A stretch of DNA of 64,000 nt, from the NCBI GenBank assembly GCA_052390515.1, contig JBQTGV010000044.1, positions 15,619 to 79,618 of the forward strand, read 5' to 3'. Shown piece by piece: positions 52,707 through 62,418 of the stretch. The number at the start of each line of letters is the position of its first letter. Position 1 is the first letter of the stretch. This stretch comes from Candidatus Eiseniibacteriota bacterium. GTDB lineage: Bacteria; ARS69. Both the position numbers and the translations under genes were made by a program. The notes below the pieces were generated by a model. That model was not told the DNA's origin, made no database searches, and saw only the letters and a list, made by a program, of their open reading frames with translations.

Positions 52707-54947
52707 GTGATCGCCACGGACGCGTCCGCCATCTTCACGGGACTGAATCCTCCCCAGCGGGAGGCGGTGGAGCACGACGGCGGGCCGCTGCTCGTCCTGG
52801 CCGGTGCCGGCTCCGGCAAGACGCGCGTGCTGACCCGCCGCGTCGCCTTCCTGGTGGCGGCGCGCGGCGTCTTCCCGGGCTCCATCCTCGCGGTGACGTT
52901 CACGAACAAGGCCGCCGGGGAAATGAAGGACCGGATCATCGGCCTGGTCGGTGAGGCGGGCAGGAACGCGTGGATCGGCACATTCCACTCGATCGGGGCG
53001 CGGCTCCTTCGCCGCGAGTCCGACCGCATCGGCATCTCCAGGGACTTCTCCATCTTCGACCGCGACGACTCCGTCTCGGCGTTGCGAAGGGTGCTCGCCG
53101 CGCTCGGCATCTCTCCCAAGGAGAACTCGCCGGAGTCCCTGCTCTCCCTCGTGTCCCGGGCGAAGAACGAGATGAAGTCCCCCGGAGATCTGGAGCGGGA
53201 GGCGCGCGGCCCCTACGACCGTCTCGTCGCGCAGGTCTACGCGAATTACGAGGTTTCCCTCCGCGAGCAGAACGCCCTCGACTTCGACGACCTTCTGGTG
53301 CGCCCGGTGCAGCTGCTGCGCGATCCCGACGTCCGCCTGCGCTGGTCGAGGCTCTTCCGTCAGGTGCTCGTCGACGAGTACCAGGACACGAACCGCTGCC
53401 AGTACGAGTTCCTGCGCTCCGTGACCGAGGAGCATCGCCAGCTCTTCGTCGTCGGCGACGACGATCAGTCCATCTACCGCTGGCGCGGCGCGGACCTGTC
53501 CAACATCCTCGATTTCGAGCGCGATCACCCGGACGCGCGCATCGTGCGGCTGGAGCAGAACTACCGCTCGACCTCCCGGATCCTGGGTGCGGCGAACAGC
53601 GTCATCCGCAAGAACGTCGGCCGGAAAGGGAAGGAGCTGTGGACCGAGAACGGCGAGGGTGCGCCTGTGCTCGTGCTGGACGTGGCCGACGAGCAGGACG
53701 AGGCGATGGCCGTGCTCAAGACGGTCAAGGCCAGCATCGAGTCGGAGAGCCGCACGCCGTCGGACTTCGTGGTGCTGTACCGGACGAACTCGCAGAGCCG
53801 CGTGCTGGAGAACGCGTTCCAGCTCGGCGGCGTGCCTTACCAGGTCGTCGGCGGCGTCCGGTTCTACGAGCGCCGCGAGATCAAGGACGTGATCGCGTAC
53901 CTGCGGGTGCTGGCCAATCCCGGCGACGACGTCGCCGCGCGGCGGATCGTGAACACTCCGGCGCGGGGCATCGGCAAGAAGAGCCTGGAGGACCTGGAGC
54001 AGGCGGCGCGCGCGGCCGGCGTGCCGATCCTGGAAGCCATGCGCCGCGCGGTGGACGGCCGCCTGCCCGAGGTGCGGCCGGCGGTGCGCGCGAAGCTCTC
54101 CGAGCTGGTCCGGGTTCTGGACGATTCCGCGGCCCAGCTCGCCACGCTTCCCGTGGCCGAGCTCACCGAGCGGCTGCTCGAGGACATCGGCTACGAGGAG
54201 CACCTCCGGCAGGAGTCGGACCGCGAGGCGGCGGCGCGCTGGGACAACGTCACCGAGCTGCTCGCGGCCATGCAGGAGTTCGCGGACTCGCGGGAGAACG
54301 GAGAAGCGTCGGTGGCGGCGTTCCTGCAGGAAGTCTCGCTCGCGTCGGAAATCGACGACTGGGAGGAGGCCGCGCCGCGCGTGACCTTGATGACGCTGCA
54401 CAACGCGAAAGGTCTGGAGTTCCCCTGGGTGTTCATCACCGGGCTGGAGGACGGGCTCTTCCCTCACGCGAACTCGATCCTGGAGCCCGAGGGCATCGAA
54501 GAGGAGCGCCGCCTTTTCTACGTGGGCCTGACCCGTGCCCGCGAGCGTGTGGTTCTCCTGTGGGCTCAGGCCCGCCGGCGCTTCGGCGGCTTCAATCTGT
54601 GTGCACCCTCGCAGTTCCTGGAGGAAATCGACCCCGAGTTCGTGGAGCGCCGCTCCCTCGCCGTCCGTCCGGCGACCGCGTACCGCAAGAGCTTCCCGCC
54701 GCAGCCCCGCAGCGTGCGGCCTTCCGCGCCTCCTCCTCCGACGGACTTCCTCCCGCGCTACGAGGACGAGACCCAGGAGGTCGCGGCGCTCGAGCCCGGA
54801 ATGCGCGTGCGCCATCCGAGCTGGGGCGAAGCGGTGATCGAGGCGGTCGAGGGCCGCGGCGAACGGATGAAGCTGACCCTTCGCTTCCGCGGCGGCGTGC
54901 TCAAGAAAGTGCTCGCGGTGTACGCGAAGCTCGAGCTGCTCGGGTGA
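52707..54947 (+). CDS. uvrD: ATP-dependent DNA helicase UvrD/PcrA (SF1)
   Basis: Walker A 'AGAGSGKTRVLTRRVAFLV', motifs Ia to VI (TFTNKAAGEM, VDEYQDTN, TLMTLHNAKGLEFPWVFI, VGLTRARERV) and the C-terminal UvrD_C region are present. It has a GTG start with an AAGGAGA Shine-Dalgarno. Confidence 0.9.
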   Translation: MIATDASAIFTGLNPPQREAVEHDGGPLLVLAGAGSGKTRVLTRRVAFLVAARGVFPGSILAVTFTNKAAGEMKDRIIGLVGEAGRNAWIGTFHSIGARLLRRESDRIGISRDFSIFDRDDSVSALRRVLAALGISPKENSPESLLSLVSRAKNEMKSPGDLEREARGPYDRLVAQVYANYEVSLREQNALDFDDLLVRPVQLLRDPDVRLRWSRLFRQVLVDEYQDTNRCQYEFLRSVTEEHRQLFVVGDDDQSIYRWRGADLSNILDFERDHPDARIVRLEQNYRSTSRILGAANSVIRKNVGRKGKELWTENGEGAPVLVLDVADEQDEAMAVLKTVKASIESESRTPSDFVVLYRTNSQSRVLENAFQLGGVPYQVVGGVRFYERREIKDVIAYLRVLANPGDDVAARRIVNTPARGIGKKSLEDLEQAARAAGVPILEAMRRAVDGRLPEVRPAVRAKLSELVRVLDDSAAQLATLPVAELTERLLEDIGYEEHLRQESDREAAARWDNVTELLAAMQEFADSRENGEASVAAFLQEVSLASEIDDWEEAAPRVTLMTLHNAKGLEFPWVFITGLEDGLFPHANSILEPEGIEEERRLFYVGLTRARERVVLLWAQARRRFGGFNLCAPSQFLEEIDPEFVERRSLAVRPATAYRKSFPPQPRSVRPSAPPPPTDFLPRYEDETQEVAALEPGMRVRHPSWGEAVIEAVEGRGERMKLTLRFRGGVLKKVLAVYAKLELLG

Positions 54948-54961
54948 AACGGGTGAGGCGC

Positions 54962-55738
54962 ATGGCGGCGCTCGCCGCAAGCCTCGCGCTGGCGGTGCCG
55001 GCGACGGCCGCCCCCGGATGGGAGAAGCTCGAGGACGGACTGGAGCACGCGAAGTTCGATGGCGGGGCGATCACCGTGCTGCGCATCGATCCGTCCGAGT
55101 GGGAGCTCCGCGTCGCGTCGACCCGGGGCGATGACCCGGCGGCGAACGTCACCGTGCGGGCGTGGTGCGAGCGAGAGAAGTTCGCCGCCGCCGTGAACGC
55201 CGGAATGTTCGCCGAGGATCTGCTGACCCACATCGGATACCTGGGCTGCGGCGGGGCGCGCAGCGCGCGCGCGAACAAGTACCAGTCGGCGGCGGCGTTC
55301 GGCCCGCGCGGGCGGGGGCTCGCTGCGTTCCGCATCTTCGATCTGGACGTGACGCCGCTCGCCGGCGTGCGTGACGACTACGAGTGCGTGGTGCAGAACC
55401 TGCGGCTGATCAAGCGCCCGCGCGAGAACCGCTGGTCCCCGCAGGAGCGCCGCTGGAGCGAGACCGCGCTCGGCGAGGACTCCTCCGGCCGCATCCTCTT
55501 CATTCACTGCACCGAGCCGAGGTCGATGCACGACCTGAACGAGGCGTTGCTCGCCCTGCCGATCGACCTCGTGTGCGCGCAGCACCTGGAGGGCGGGCCG
55601 CAGGCGCAGCTCGTCTTCCGCGACGGAGCGGGAGGCACGGAGCTCGTGGGCGGCCGCGAGGTGCGCTTCGAGAAGACGGGGACGCCTTCCTCGGGGTGGC
55701 CGGTGCCGAGCGTGATCGGCATCGTGCGGCGCCGCTGA
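54962..55738 (+). CDS. Secreted phosphodiester-glycosidase-like (DUF2233/NAGPA-domain) protein
   Basis: The signal peptide is LAASLALAVPATAAPG. The motifs 'GRILFIHCTEPRSMHDLNEAL' and 'GGPQAQLVF' are typical of the DUF2233 family. Confidence 0.5.
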   Translation: MAALAASLALAVPATAAPGWEKLEDGLEHAKFDGGAITVLRIDPSEWELRVASTRGDDPAANVTVRAWCEREKFAAAVNAGMFAEDLLTHIGYLGCGGARSARANKYQSAAAFGPRGRGLAAFRIFDLDVTPLAGVRDDYECVVQNLRLIKRPRENRWSPQERRWSETALGEDSSGRILFIHCTEPRSMHDLNEALLALPIDLVCAQHLEGGPQAQLVFRDGAGGTELVGGREVRFEKTGTPSSGWPVPSVIGIVRRR

Positions 55739-55757
55739 GCGAGCGCGCCGGCCCGCG

Positions 55758-56780
55758 TCACCAACCTTCGGGCAAAGGAACGACGACCGCTTCCTGAGGA
55801 TCCACCGCCCGCGCCGCGACCCTCTCGTCGTACACGAGCACGAGGCTTCGCTCCGGCTCGAACCAGGCGAGCCCTTCCCAGTTCACCGTACGCAGCGGCT
55901 CGGGCAGAGCGTTCTCCAGGTCGAACGGCTCGCCGACGCGCGCGCCCTCTGCCGTGAAGCGCTGCAGCCACTTGTGACACCAGCGCAGCGGCCTCCCGTC
56001 GGGGCCGCTCGTCCGGCACTCTTCGATCGAGCCGGGAGCGGGCGGTACGGCCCAGCCCGAGCTGAGCAGCACGATGAACCCCCACGACTCCGGATCGTCG
56101 CTGCGCAGCCGGTGCCAGACGAGATCGGGCGCGCGGAAGCGCTGCGCGGTCGGTTCTTCGCCCGGGGGTCGCGGTACGTCGAGCTGGACGAGCCGTGCTT
56201 CCGCACCGACCTCGACGGATCGCGCGCCGGCGGGCAGATCGTGGACGACGATCAGCGGGAGCATGGCCACTCCCTTGGCGCGCTCACGGAGCGCCGCGGG
56301 CAAGATGGCGACCTCCGGGTAGCCGCCCTCCCAGAGCACCGCCACTCTCGACGCTGCGCCGGGCAGCGCGCGCACCGCGACCCCCTCGACGCCGCGGCCA
56401 CCGAGCTCGGCGACATCCCGGCCGTAGCCGGCGACGAGCCCGCGCGCATCGAGGAGCGCGGCGAGCCGCTCGGAGAGGACGACGAGGCGCCCGTCCGCGA
56501 GGACGCCGATCGCCTCGAGGTCGGCGGCGAAGGCGCCTGGCCCGACGGAACGACGCTCCAACCGCTCCGGTGAGAGGCGGATGCGCCCCCCTTCGCCCGG
56601 AGCGAGCCTCACCCGGTAGTACGTGTCGGACTCGTGGTCGCCGACGACGAAGAGATCGTCGCCCAGGCGGACGACGCCGGAGGCCTCCTCGATGCCGAGG
56701 ACCGGACCCTGCGCCGGAACGACGGCACAACCGGCCACGGGTACGGAGGCGAGAACCAGCAGCAGGCGAACGTCCACGCG
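55758..56780 (-). CDS. Hypothetical lipoprotein/secreted protein; start uncertain
   Basis: It is a long ORF with the signal-like segment '[15 protein letters not shown]' and no recognisable catalytic motifs. Confidence 0.35.
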   Translation of the reverse strand, partial: RVDVRLLLVLASVPVAGCAVVPAQGPVLGIEEASGVVRLGDDLFVVGDHESDTYYRVRLAPGEGGRIRLSPERLERRSVGPGAFAADLEAIGVLADGRLVVLSERLAALLDARGLVAGYGRDVAELGGRGVEGVAVRALPGAASRVAVLWEGGYPEVAILPAALRERAKGVAMLPLIVVHDLPAGARSVEVGAEARLVQLDVPRPPGEEPTAQRFRAPDLVWHRLRSDDPESWGFIVLLSSGWAVPPAPGSIEECRTSGPDGRPLRWCHKWLQRFTAEGARVGEPFDLENALPEPLRTVNWEGLAWFEPERSLVLVYDERVAARAVDPQEAVVVPLPEGW

Positions 56781-56895
56781 GCCGATACTACCGCAGGGGA
56801 CGCGGGCCGCCAGCCCGAACCCAAAGGCCGGGGCGAATGCGCTAGAATGGCTGCACGACTCACGAGAGACCGACGAACCCTCGAAGGAGAGGAAC

Positions 56896-57969
56896 ATGGC
56901 GACCGTCCTGGAGCGCAATCTGATCGGAACCGTTCGCGAGCGCCTCGGCCAGGACGCGGCGCTCCTGGATCACCGCTGCCGCACCATCCCGAAGGAGCGG
57001 CTCGCGCTGCCGGGTCCCGATTTCGTCGACCGGGTGATGACCGCGAGCGACCGTCCGGTGGCGGTGAACCGCGCGTACCAGCAGTTGCTCGACCACGGCC
57101 GGCTCGCCGGCACCGGCTACGTCTCCATCCTGCCCGTGGACCAGGGAATCGAGCACGCCGCGGGGGCATCGTTCGCCCCGAACCCCGACTATTTCGATCC
57201 CGAGAACATCGTGAAGCTGGCCATCGACGGCGGCTGCAACGGAGTCGCCTCGACGCTCGGCGTACTCGGGATCGTGGCGCGGAAGTACGCGCACCGCATT
57301 CCCTTCATCATGAAGTTCAACCACAACGAGCTCCTGTCGTACCCGAACCGCTACGACCAGACCATGTTCGGCAACGTCCGCCAGGCGTTCGACATGGGGG
57401 CCGTCGGCGTCGGCGCGACGATCTACTGGGGCTCCGAGGAATCCCAGCGGCAGCTGCAGGAGGTCTCGGACGCGTTCCACGTGGCGCACGAGCTGGGGAT
57501 GATCACCGTGCTGTGGTGCTACCTGCGCAACTCCGGCTTCAAGAAGGACGGCGTCGACTACCACGCCGCCGCGGATCTGACCGGCCAGGCGAACCACCTC
57601 GGCGCGACGATCCAGGCCGACATCGTGAAGCAGAAGCTGCCCGAGAACAACGGCGGCTTCAAGGCGATCAACTTCGGCAAGACGCACGAGAAGGTCTACA
57701 CCGAGCTGACCACCGACAACCCCATCGACCTGTGCCGCTACCAGGTGGCGAACTGCTACATGGGCCGCATCGGGTTGATCAATTCCGGCGGCGCGTCGGG
57801 CAAGAACGACCTGCAGGAAGGCACCATGACGGCCGTCGTGAACAAGCGCGCCGGCGGCATGGGACTCATCTCCGGACGCAAGGCGTTCCAGAAGCCGTTG
57901 AAGGACGGTATCGCGCTGCTGCACGCCATCCAGGACGTGTACCTGTGTCCTGACGTGACGGTGGCCTAG
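56896..57969 (+). CDS. fbaB: Fructose-bisphosphate aldolase, class I (FbaB/DhnA-type)
   Basis: '[13 protein letters not shown]' matches the FbaB 'ILPLDQGFEHGP' active-site region. Its length of ~357 aa fits. An AAGGAGAGG Shine-Dalgarno is present. Confidence 0.75.
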   Translation: MATVLERNLIGTVRERLGQDAALLDHRCRTIPKERLALPGPDFVDRVMTASDRPVAVNRAYQQLLDHGRLAGTGYVSILPVDQGIEHAAGASFAPNPDYFDPENIVKLAIDGGCNGVASTLGVLGIVARKYAHRIPFIMKFNHNELLSYPNRYDQTMFGNVRQAFDMGAVGVGATIYWGSEESQRQLQEVSDAFHVAHELGMITVLWCYLRNSGFKKDGVDYHAAADLTGQANHLGATIQADIVKQKLPENNGGFKAINFGKTHEKVYTELTTDNPIDLCRYQVANCYMGRIGLINSGGASGKNDLQEGTMTAVVNKRAGGMGLISGRKAFQKPLKDGIALLHAIQDVYLCPDVTVA

Positions 57970-58640
57970 GCCGCGGGACTGCGGTCGATCCGGAAGTTGC
58001 GCAGGTCCGCGGTCAGGCGCGTGGGACAGCGCTCCCGCTGCACCCACGCGCGAAGGACGCTGCCCACGAGGGAAGCGGCGAAGAGCGGCCCGTAGGCGAT
58101 CATCCGCCGTGTGCACGGCTCCTCGTGCGCTTCGCCCTCGAGATCCTGCTCGTACTCCGCCTGGCCCGGGCCGCGCGGTTCCACCGTCCACACCTCGACG
58201 ACCTCGGCTCCCGCCCGCGCGTCGATCACGACGCGCACGTCGTCCCGCGCGCGCAGGTTGGACCAGATGCGACGGCGTTCCTGAAGGCTGTCGACCGCCA
58301 GGATGACGATGGGGCCGAGTTGCCGCTCCTCGGCGCCGGTGAATCGGGCGGAGACGGTCGTGATCTCCCGGTCGGTGATCCACGCGGCGAGGTCGGCGAG
58401 CGCGTCGACCTTGAGACGCTCCAATCTCACGTCCGTCTCCCGGAACCACTGCGTGGGCAGGTTGTGCAGCTCGCAGCGGTCGAAGTCCGTCAGCGTGATC
58501 CGGCTGAAGATCCCGAACCCCATGCGGCAGAGACAGAGCAGAATAGCGCCGCCGAGTGCGCCCGCTCCCGCGAGGTCCAGGTCCAGGTGGTCCAGACTTT
58601 TCGGGTGGAGAAGGTCACGCTGTCGCTCGAACGGGTCCAC
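57966..58640 (-). CDS. E1-like ThiF/MoeB/HesA-family adenylyltransferase (short, 224 aa)
   Basis: The Rossmann motif '[21 protein letters not shown]' and the '[14 protein letters not shown]' (DxDxxExSNLxRQ-like) motif are present. A Cys precedes the conserved '[15 protein letters not shown]' segment, in a crossover-loop-like position. It is the last gene of the Ubl operon. Confidence 0.65.
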   Translation of the reverse strand: MDPFERQRDLLHPKSLDHLDLDLAGAGALGGAILLCLCRMGFGIFSRITLTDFDRCELHNLPTQWFRETDVRLERLKVDALADLAAWITDREITTVSARFTGAEERQLGPIVILAVDSLQERRRIWSNLRARDDVRVVIDARAGAEVVEVWTVEPRGPGQAEYEQDLEGEAHEEPCTRRMIAYGPLFAASLVGSVLRAWVQRERCPTRLTADLRNFRIDRSPAA

Positions 58641-58663
58641 GGATCGTCCTCCTTCCGAGTTTG

Positions 58664-59713
58664 TCAGAAGCCCCTGAAGATCGTACCGAGGGCGGGTCGC
58701 TCGCCGTACGCCGCGACGCCGATGGAGTTCGTTTCGGTGAAGTTCAGCACCGCGTCGACGACCCCGAACAAGTCCCGGGAGTCCCCGAGACGCGGGAGCA
58801 CGGTCGATCCTGATCCCGGGCAGGGGATGCGGTACTCGTCGCTCGGCGGATCGGGATTCCAGTAGCGCAGCGCGACGCCCTGCCGGGGATCCCGCAGCCG
58901 GACGCCGAACATCAGGGGAGCGCGCCGCCGTCCCTCCGCGACGGCCGCCGGCTGGATCAGGCCGATCACCTCGTCTTCCCCGAAGCGAAGGAGGCCGACC
59001 GCCCGGCTGCGGACGAGCTGCACGAGCCTCGCCACTTCGCGGCTCGCGTCGGGCAGCGGCGGCACCTCCGGCGTCCGGGCGAGAGCCTGCTCCAGCTCCT
59101 CGAGCCGCGACGCGAGCGCGCCGTGGACGGCGCCGGCTTCCTGCTCACGGATGCGCCGGAGGAAGACGAGCTCCCGCTCCATGCCGGCTCGCCAGCCGCC
59201 GCCGCGATTGGCCAGGGTACGGGCGCGCACCTCGACGTCCGGTCCAATCGAGACCTCGTCGCCCGCCGCCGCGAGGATGGCGGACAGCGGCCGCTCGAAC
59301 AGCGCCTCTGCTACCGCGCCGAGCGGATCCGGGCCGTGGCCTTCCTCGAGCGAGGATCGCGACAGCTCGACCAGCAGATGGACCGTGGCCGTGTCCGGAT
59401 CGGCGCACGCCACCGGCACCCGCGCGCCGTTCGTGTCCCGCGCGAGCGAAACGTGCATCGGCGAGGCGACCGACGGCGCGCTCCGGACCCGGCAGAGCAG
59501 CGTGGCGCCGGAACCTGCGCCGTCGAAGCGGATGCGCGCGCGTCGGCCGGAGTACCCCCCGGCCCCGGAGTCCAGCAGCGCGAGTGGGACTTTCGGGCGA
59601 ATGGTTGCGTCGTCGGCTGCCAGCGGCCAGGTCCCGACCGGCGGACAGGTGATCCGATTCGCGGCCTCCAGGCGGTCCTTCCTCTCGATCAACAGCTCCT
59701 TCACCGAACGCAT
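58664..59713 (-). CDS. Hypothetical protein (349 aa) encoded between the Ubl and E1-like genes
   Basis: It is co-oriented with 60-nt and 23-nt intergenic gaps. No canonical motifs were found. C-terminal 'ALRYWNPDPPSDEYRIPCPGSG' is weakly reminiscent of an E2 HPN-x-Cys region; this is speculative. Confidence 0.35.
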   Translation of the reverse strand: MRSVKELLIERKDRLEAANRITCPPVGTWPLAADDATIRPKVPLALLDSGAGGYSGRRARIRFDGAGSGATLLCRVRSAPSVASPMHVSLARDTNGARVPVACADPDTATVHLLVELSRSSLEEGHGPDPLGAVAEALFERPLSAILAAAGDEVSIGPDVEVRARTLANRGGGWRAGMERELVFLRRIREQEAGAVHGALASRLEELEQALARTPEVPPLPDASREVARLVQLVRSRAVGLLRFGEDEVIGLIQPAAVAEGRRRAPLMFGVRLRDPRQGVALRYWNPDPPSDEYRIPCPGSGSTVLPRLGDSRDLFGVVDAVLNFTETNSIGVAAYGERPALGTIFRGF

Positions 59714-59773
59714 GGCCAGCCTCCAGGTGGTGGCGGGGAGAGCGAAGCTGCTCCCCCCGCCGGGGAGTGGCGG

Positions 59774-60007
59774 TCAGCCGCCTTGAATGCGCGGAACGAC
59801 GGTGAGCTCGTCGCCCTCGCGGACCGGTTCCGTCGCCGTCGCCGGATTCCCGTTCCGCGCGAGACGATGCTCGCCGGGCTCCACTCCGTGGCCGCGCAGC
59901 ACGTCGCCGATGGTCATGCTCGGTTCGGAGACTCGGGCTCGGCGCCTCTCGGCGCCGAACACGCTCAGCGTCACCTCGGCTTCTTTCGTCACCGTGTTCG
60001 CGATCAT
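59774..60007 (-). CDS. Ubiquitin-like beta-grasp protein (ThiS/MoaD-like) ending in Gly-Gly
   Basis: It is 77 aa. The C-terminal 'EGDELTVVPRIQGG*' matches the MoaD/ThiS/Ubl diglycine tail pattern. It is the first gene of a three-gene operon ending in the E1-like gene. Confidence 0.6.
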   Translation of the reverse strand: MIANTVTKEAEVTLSVFGAERRRARVSEPSMTIGDVLRGHGVEPGEHRLARNGNPATATEPVREGDELTVVPRIQGG

Positions 60008-60289
60008 GCTCGTCCTCCTTCGTGCTCCTCAGACTGCCGCGCGCGAGCGATTCGCGCCGGCCACTCCCGTTTGCCAGAACCACGCGCACCGACGCAAGGC
60101 AGAGGGCCGTTCGCGACCCTCCTTGCCGGCACTACCGACACTCCCGACATCGTGCTCGTCGTCGCGGGGAAATCCGGAAAACCCGGTGCGCAACGCTCCG
60201 TAGCGGAGAATTCGCCCTGCACGCGGTGCTGGTTCGCGCGCCGTCGGCGTCCCGCGCCGTTTCCCTTCGCACAGAGCGCCGTTCCGACT

Positions 60290-60298
60290 TGGTAGAAT
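60290..60298 (+). promoter_or_regulatory. Extended -10 (TGgTAGAAT) candidate promoter for the 60330 gene
   Basis: TG-n-TAGAAT lies 32 nt upstream of the ATG, with a strong AGGAGGGGG Shine-Dalgarno between them. Confidence 0.35.
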
Positions 60299-60329
60299 CC
60301 GCAGGCTCGGCACAGGAGGGGGTGACGGT

Positions 60330-61700
60330 ATGCGCGCCAGGAAACGAGTGGATGCGGTGCAGCGGTTCTTCCGGGTGCTCTTCGAGTCGGGTCGAGTCCA
60401 GATCCTCGGGCTGGCGTCGGCGGGCGAGCACATCCGCGACGGCATGGCCCTCGCCCGGATCGTGTGGTTGCTGGCGTCGAAGCAGCTGCCCCGCATCGTG
60501 GTCGAGCCGAGCCGCTCGCGCGCGCTGCTGGAGGAGAACGTCGTGTTCATCGGAGCGACGCTGCTGTTCGTGGAACCGGGACCCTCGGGTACTCCGCAGC
60601 CGGCCGAGGCGCAGATCCGGATCCTGCCGCGCTCGAAGATCGGCAAGAGACTCGACGACCTGCACCAGCGATGTTGCTACCGGCTGGTGAAGCGGGGAGG
60701 GCGCATCATCGTCAACTCGGTCACGGGAGAGGTGTACCGCCCGGTGGTGAACCGGGTGGACCGCGTGGTCGAGGACTACGCGGTCATCCGCCGCACGTTC
60801 CGGAACCACCACGGGAACACCATCACGTTCGAAGGCGTGCACCGGCTCGGAACGTATGCCGCGGTGAAGTTCGCCACCGACCCGATCTACCTGAAGCAGG
60901 TCTGGGACGCGGTGAGCGAGCTGGACGTGTTCGACGAGTCCGTGCCGCTGGAGATCCTCGTGAAGGCGACGTTCCACGACGACGGCGACGAGGGTGTGTA
61001 CGCACACGACGACGTGATCGTGACCCCGATGCAGGTCGTCTACGACAGGCGCTGGATCTACGACCTCGGCGCGAGGGACCGATGGCGCGACCAGGGACCG
61101 TGGGACGTGCAGCTGGCCGTGGAGGGCCGAGGGCGGCCGCAGGTGCTGCGCCCAGGCACGGGCCCGCGGAACGCCGCGTCGCTGGAGCTCGAGGCGGATC
61201 TGTCCGAGCTCGGCCAGGCGGCGCGCGAGCGCGTGCGGCGCGTCTTCGCGGTGCCCGACGGCAAGGCGCGCGTCGGTGTGATGGCGACGGAGGCCGCGAG
61301 CGTCGTCGAGACGCTGGTGGCCGAGGCGGAGCGCTTCGGAGCGGGTCTGGTCGATGGGCAGGAGTACACGAGGCTCCCCGAGAGAGGCGCGGAGAGTCGC
61401 GACGTCCGCAAGAAGTTCGTGGTGCATCTGGCGCTGTGCCGCATGCTGGGGATCGGCGTGCCGTGTGATGCCGCAGCGATCCGCCGGTGCTATCCGGAGC
61501 TCTCCGGTAAGCTGTCCGACGCCGAACTGGAGGGCGCGTTCAAGCTGCAGGTTCGTGGAAGGATCGAGCGCGGATTCGGAGCAGTGTTCGCCAACCGGGG
61601 TGGAGCGGGCCCGTGCGCGGTGATCGAGCTCTCCCGCCGAAGCCAGATCTATCAGCTTCGTCTGGAAGCGGCCGCGCTCGTCCTTCGCCTGCGACTCTGA
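60330..61700 (+). CDS. Hypothetical protein (456 aa), divergent from the Ubl/E1 operon
   Basis: It is a clean ORF with a strong Shine-Dalgarno. No recognisable motifs were found. Confidence 0.4.
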   Translation: MRARKRVDAVQRFFRVLFESGRVQILGLASAGEHIRDGMALARIVWLLASKQLPRIVVEPSRSRALLEENVVFIGATLLFVEPGPSGTPQPAEAQIRILPRSKIGKRLDDLHQRCCYRLVKRGGRIIVNSVTGEVYRPVVNRVDRVVEDYAVIRRTFRNHHGNTITFEGVHRLGTYAAVKFATDPIYLKQVWDAVSELDVFDESVPLEILVKATFHDDGDEGVYAHDDVIVTPMQVVYDRRWIYDLGARDRWRDQGPWDVQLAVEGRGRPQVLRPGTGPRNAASLELEADLSELGQAARERVRRVFAVPDGKARVGVMATEAASVVETLVAEAERFGAGLVDGQEYTRLPERGAESRDVRKKFVVHLALCRMLGIGVPCDAAAIRRCYPELSGKLSDAELEGAFKLQVRGRIERGFGAVFANRGGAGPCAVIELSRRSQIYQLRLEAAALVLRLRL

Positions 61701-61858
61701 GACTTCACCACGTTCTGCAAGACCTGCCCGCATCCGACACGAATCACCGAACGCTCCCTGCCGCCTTGCTTCGACGTGCGCGTCCGCATGCTATGATCGA
61801 TCCGCTTCGAGAACCGCGGTCGCGCCTCGGCCGACCGTTCATCCCTGGGAGTGCATCC

Positions 61859-62335
61859 ATGACTACGGTTCGTCCCCTCGCGGCCGCCGCCCTGCTCGTC
61901 GCGGTCGCGGCCGTCCCCTCGTTCGCCACCGTCATCAACACGCCGGGCACGTACTCGGTGAGCGTGGCGGTGGACACGTCGCTTCTGCCCGTTCCCGTGC
62001 CGGGGCTCCCGACCCTCGGGCCGAGCGTGTACTCCGGCACGGTGATCATCGCGTCGCGCAGCTTCGGGCTTTCCGCGCAGTTCCGCGGGACCTCGGCCAC
62101 CGGCGACGAGCTGGTCATCAAGTCCCGCTTCGCGCACGGCTGGTTCGGACTCACCGTTTCGCCGCTCGTCATCGGCGGGCAGGTCGTTCCCAACGCCGTG
62201 ATCGGCGTGGACGGCGCGAGCATGATCTCCATGGAGATCCTCGGCGTCGGCCTGGTCGACGGCATCCGGTCCGACGTCAAGGCGAAGGTCGGCGCGGGCC
62301 CGGTCCTCAAGCAGTTCGTCGTCACGCCGCTCTAG
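61859..62335 (+). CDS. Small secreted hypothetical protein (159 aa)
   Basis: The signal peptide is LAAAALLVAVAAVPSFA. The protein is beta-rich. Confidence 0.4.
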   Translation: MTTVRPLAAAALLVAVAAVPSFATVINTPGTYSVSVAVDTSLLPVPVPGLPTLGPSVYSGTVIIASRSFGLSAQFRGTSATGDELVIKSRFAHGWFGLTVSPLVIGGQVVPNAVIGVDGASMISMEILGVGLVDGIRSDVKAKVGAGPVLKQFVVTPL

Positions 62336-62418
62336 ATCCGCTCGCGGCTGCACCTCGGAGAGCCCCGGCCGCGCGGCCGGGGCTTTCGCGTTTCAGGCCG
62401 GCGCGGTTCAATGGGGTC

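Noticed and set aside
58664-59713. Calling the 349-aa protein an E2 or JAB enzyme outright
   Set aside because: There is no HPN-Cys E2 signature or JAB HxH-x7-S-x2-D motif. Only a weak 'WNPD...C' resemblance is present. I have left it as unknown with a hypothesis.
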